Origin: Fonticula alba ATCC 38817
Lineage: Eukaryota; Protista; Nucleariida
Reading direction: 5' to 3' (one strand)
Assembly: GCA_000388065.2 (NCBI GenBank)
Contig: KB932207.1
Length of the DNA stretch: 64,000 bases
Shown here: piece by piece, positions 62,428 through 64,000 of the stretch
How the letters are laid out: every line of letters begins with the position of its first letter
Position numbering within the stretch: position 1 is the stretch's first letter
The notes under the pieces: model-generated
The model's database searches: none
Seen by the model: only the letters and a program-made list of their open reading frames with translations
Told to the model about the DNA's origin: nothing
Made by a program: the position numbers and the translations under genes

Positions 62428-63807
62428 ATGTCCTCCTCGATCGCCGGCCCTGGCATCACTTCCCTTCGCGAGAAGCAGATCGGTGTGTGTCAACCCATGC
62501 ATATGAACGCGTTCAGGCATGCCCAGATGCCTTTCTCTCTCCCTCCCTCCCTCCTCTCTCTCTCTCTCTCTCGAGTCGCGCCACACGTCCCTCGCTCCTC
62601 TACCGGGGCCCGCGTCTGCGCCCATGTCTGACCCCCATGTACCCTCGTTTCATTTTGCTTATTTCCCTTTCGCTCTGCCTGGCCCGGGCCATTCGCCCGT
62701 CGCAAGCCGCCATCCATTCCATCCTCAACTTGCACAAGGGCACACCTCCGGCACGGGCTCCGGGGTCCAGCGGCCCCGGAGGGGCCCCCGCAGGCAACAG
62801 CCTGCTTGCCTACTCGGCAGCCGCCACCGGGCCCGGCAACACAGCAGCCGTCGGCAGCGGAGGCCCCGGGTCCCCGCAGAGCCCCGGCCCCGAGGATGGC
62901 ATCACCTGGAAGGTCCTGGTGTACGACCTGAACGGTCGGGATATCATTGCGCCGTTGTTTCCCCTGCCGAAGATGCGCGCCCTGGGAATCACCCTGCATC
63001 TGTGCGTTCGCCAATGCACACACCTGCCACCCTTGTGCCAGTGTGTCAACATTCGCCTGTCCATCTGTCGCGTGGCTGGCCCATCCTCCTGGGTCTCCTG
63101 GAATTTGCTTGCCACTCACATTTGCTCGTGTTCTCGCAACACCTCTCCTTTCCGCTTTCTGCCCCTCCCCATTTCCCTCCCTCTTTCTCCCTCCCTCTTT
63201 CTCCCTCCCTCTTTCTCTCTGCCTCTTTCTCACTCCTTCTTTCTCCCTCCCTCTTTCTCACTTCCTCTTTCTCACTCCTTCTTTCTCTCCCTCTCTCTTT
63301 CTCACTTCCTCTTTCTCACTCCTTCTTTCTCTCCCTCCTCCTGCCCTCCTCCTGCCCTCCTCCTGCCCTCCTCCTGCCCTCCTCCTGCCCCCCCTACCCT
63401 CCGACGGTAATGCGTTCAAATGTCCAGGAATCTGCACAGCGAACGCTTCCATGTTCCCGATGCGCCAGCCATCTACCTGGTCAGCCCGACGGCCGAGAAT
63501 ATCGACCGCATCGCACGCGACCTGTCCCTCGGCCTGTATCAGTCTTTCCATCTGTGCTTCCTGTCACCAGTGTCGCGGGACCTGCTCGAGCGCCTCGCGG
63601 CCGCATGTGTGGCGTCGGACGCCGCGGCCCTCATCGCCCAAGTGACCGACGAGTATCTGGACTTCGTGGCCCTGGAGGACCGACTCTTTAGCCTGCGCCA
63701 AGAGGCCACCCTGGTGGACCTCCACTCGCCGGGCAAGACCGAGGAGCAGATCATGGCCGTGGTTGACCGGGTGGCTGGGTCGCTCTTTTCCGTTTGCGTG
63801 ACGCTTG
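62428..63807 (+). CDS. SLY1: SLY1/SCFD1 N-terminal portion (exons 62428-62482, 62707-63001, 63428-63807; continues past window)
   Basis: accaccATG; SLREKQIAAIHSILNL; WKVLVYDLNGRDIIAPLF..KMRALGITLHL; VPDAPAIYLVSPTAENIDRIARDL; QVTDEYLDFVALEDRLFSL; DRVAGSLFSVCVTLG. Confidence 0.9.
63170..63390 (+). repeat. Pyrimidine-rich minisatellite in a SLY1 intron
   Basis: Repeats of ctttctcactccttc.../cttcctctttctca followed by (cctcctgcc)n. Confidence 0.8.
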
Positions 63808-64000
63808 GTGCGGGGCTTTCCCCCCCTCTCTCTCTCCCTCTCCCTCTCTCTCTCTCTCTCTCTGTTCACTCTTCCCGCGGAATGCTCTCCTCCTCCTCCT
63901 CGCACAGACACATACGCACATAAGCACATACGCACATAAGCACATACGCCGAAGCACATGCATGCGCATTTCGGCCTGCCTGAATGCATCATAGACGCTA

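Noticed and set aside
63170-63960. Short direct repeats with spacers (CRISPR-like appearance)
   Set aside because: Degenerate pyrimidine/CA minisatellites inside eukaryotic introns; no constant repeat with unique spacers, no cas genes

Overview
Eukaryotic, GC-rich, intron-rich draft-assembly DNA with many N-gaps, poly-G/C runs and microsatellite-filled introns. No rRNA, tRNA, CRISPR array or transposon was recognised. Gene content and intron style fit a unicellular opisthokont, most like a Fonticula-type holomycotan (inference). By splicing exons by eye I find about 16 genes: a coiled-coil orphan, PET117, thioredoxin, an F-BAR-PH-C2-RasGAP, an NDUFA4/MLRQ-like protein, an atypical calreticulin, a FERRY3/C12orf4 homolog with an inserted UBA domain, a WSC-domain POMGNT2-like (GT61) glycosyltransferase, EXOC5/SEC10, a single-pass receptor-like pseudokinase, eIF4A3, SCAMP, TIM13, a MIT-like orphan, and SLY1/SCFD1 whose C-terminal half lies upstream of its N-terminal half. 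The best leads are three unusual domain architectures (WSC+POMGNT2 without FN3; F-BAR in place of SH2-SH3-SH2 on a RASA1-type GAP; UBA inside FERRY3), the pseudokinase with all three catalytic residues substituted, and the permuted SLY1 (probably a misassembly). Clear artefacts are present: a complete Illumina adapter-bounded library fragment inside the RasGAP gene and G-degraded duplicate sequence at gap edges. All family calls come from by-eye motif recognition and recalled sequences, not database searches.
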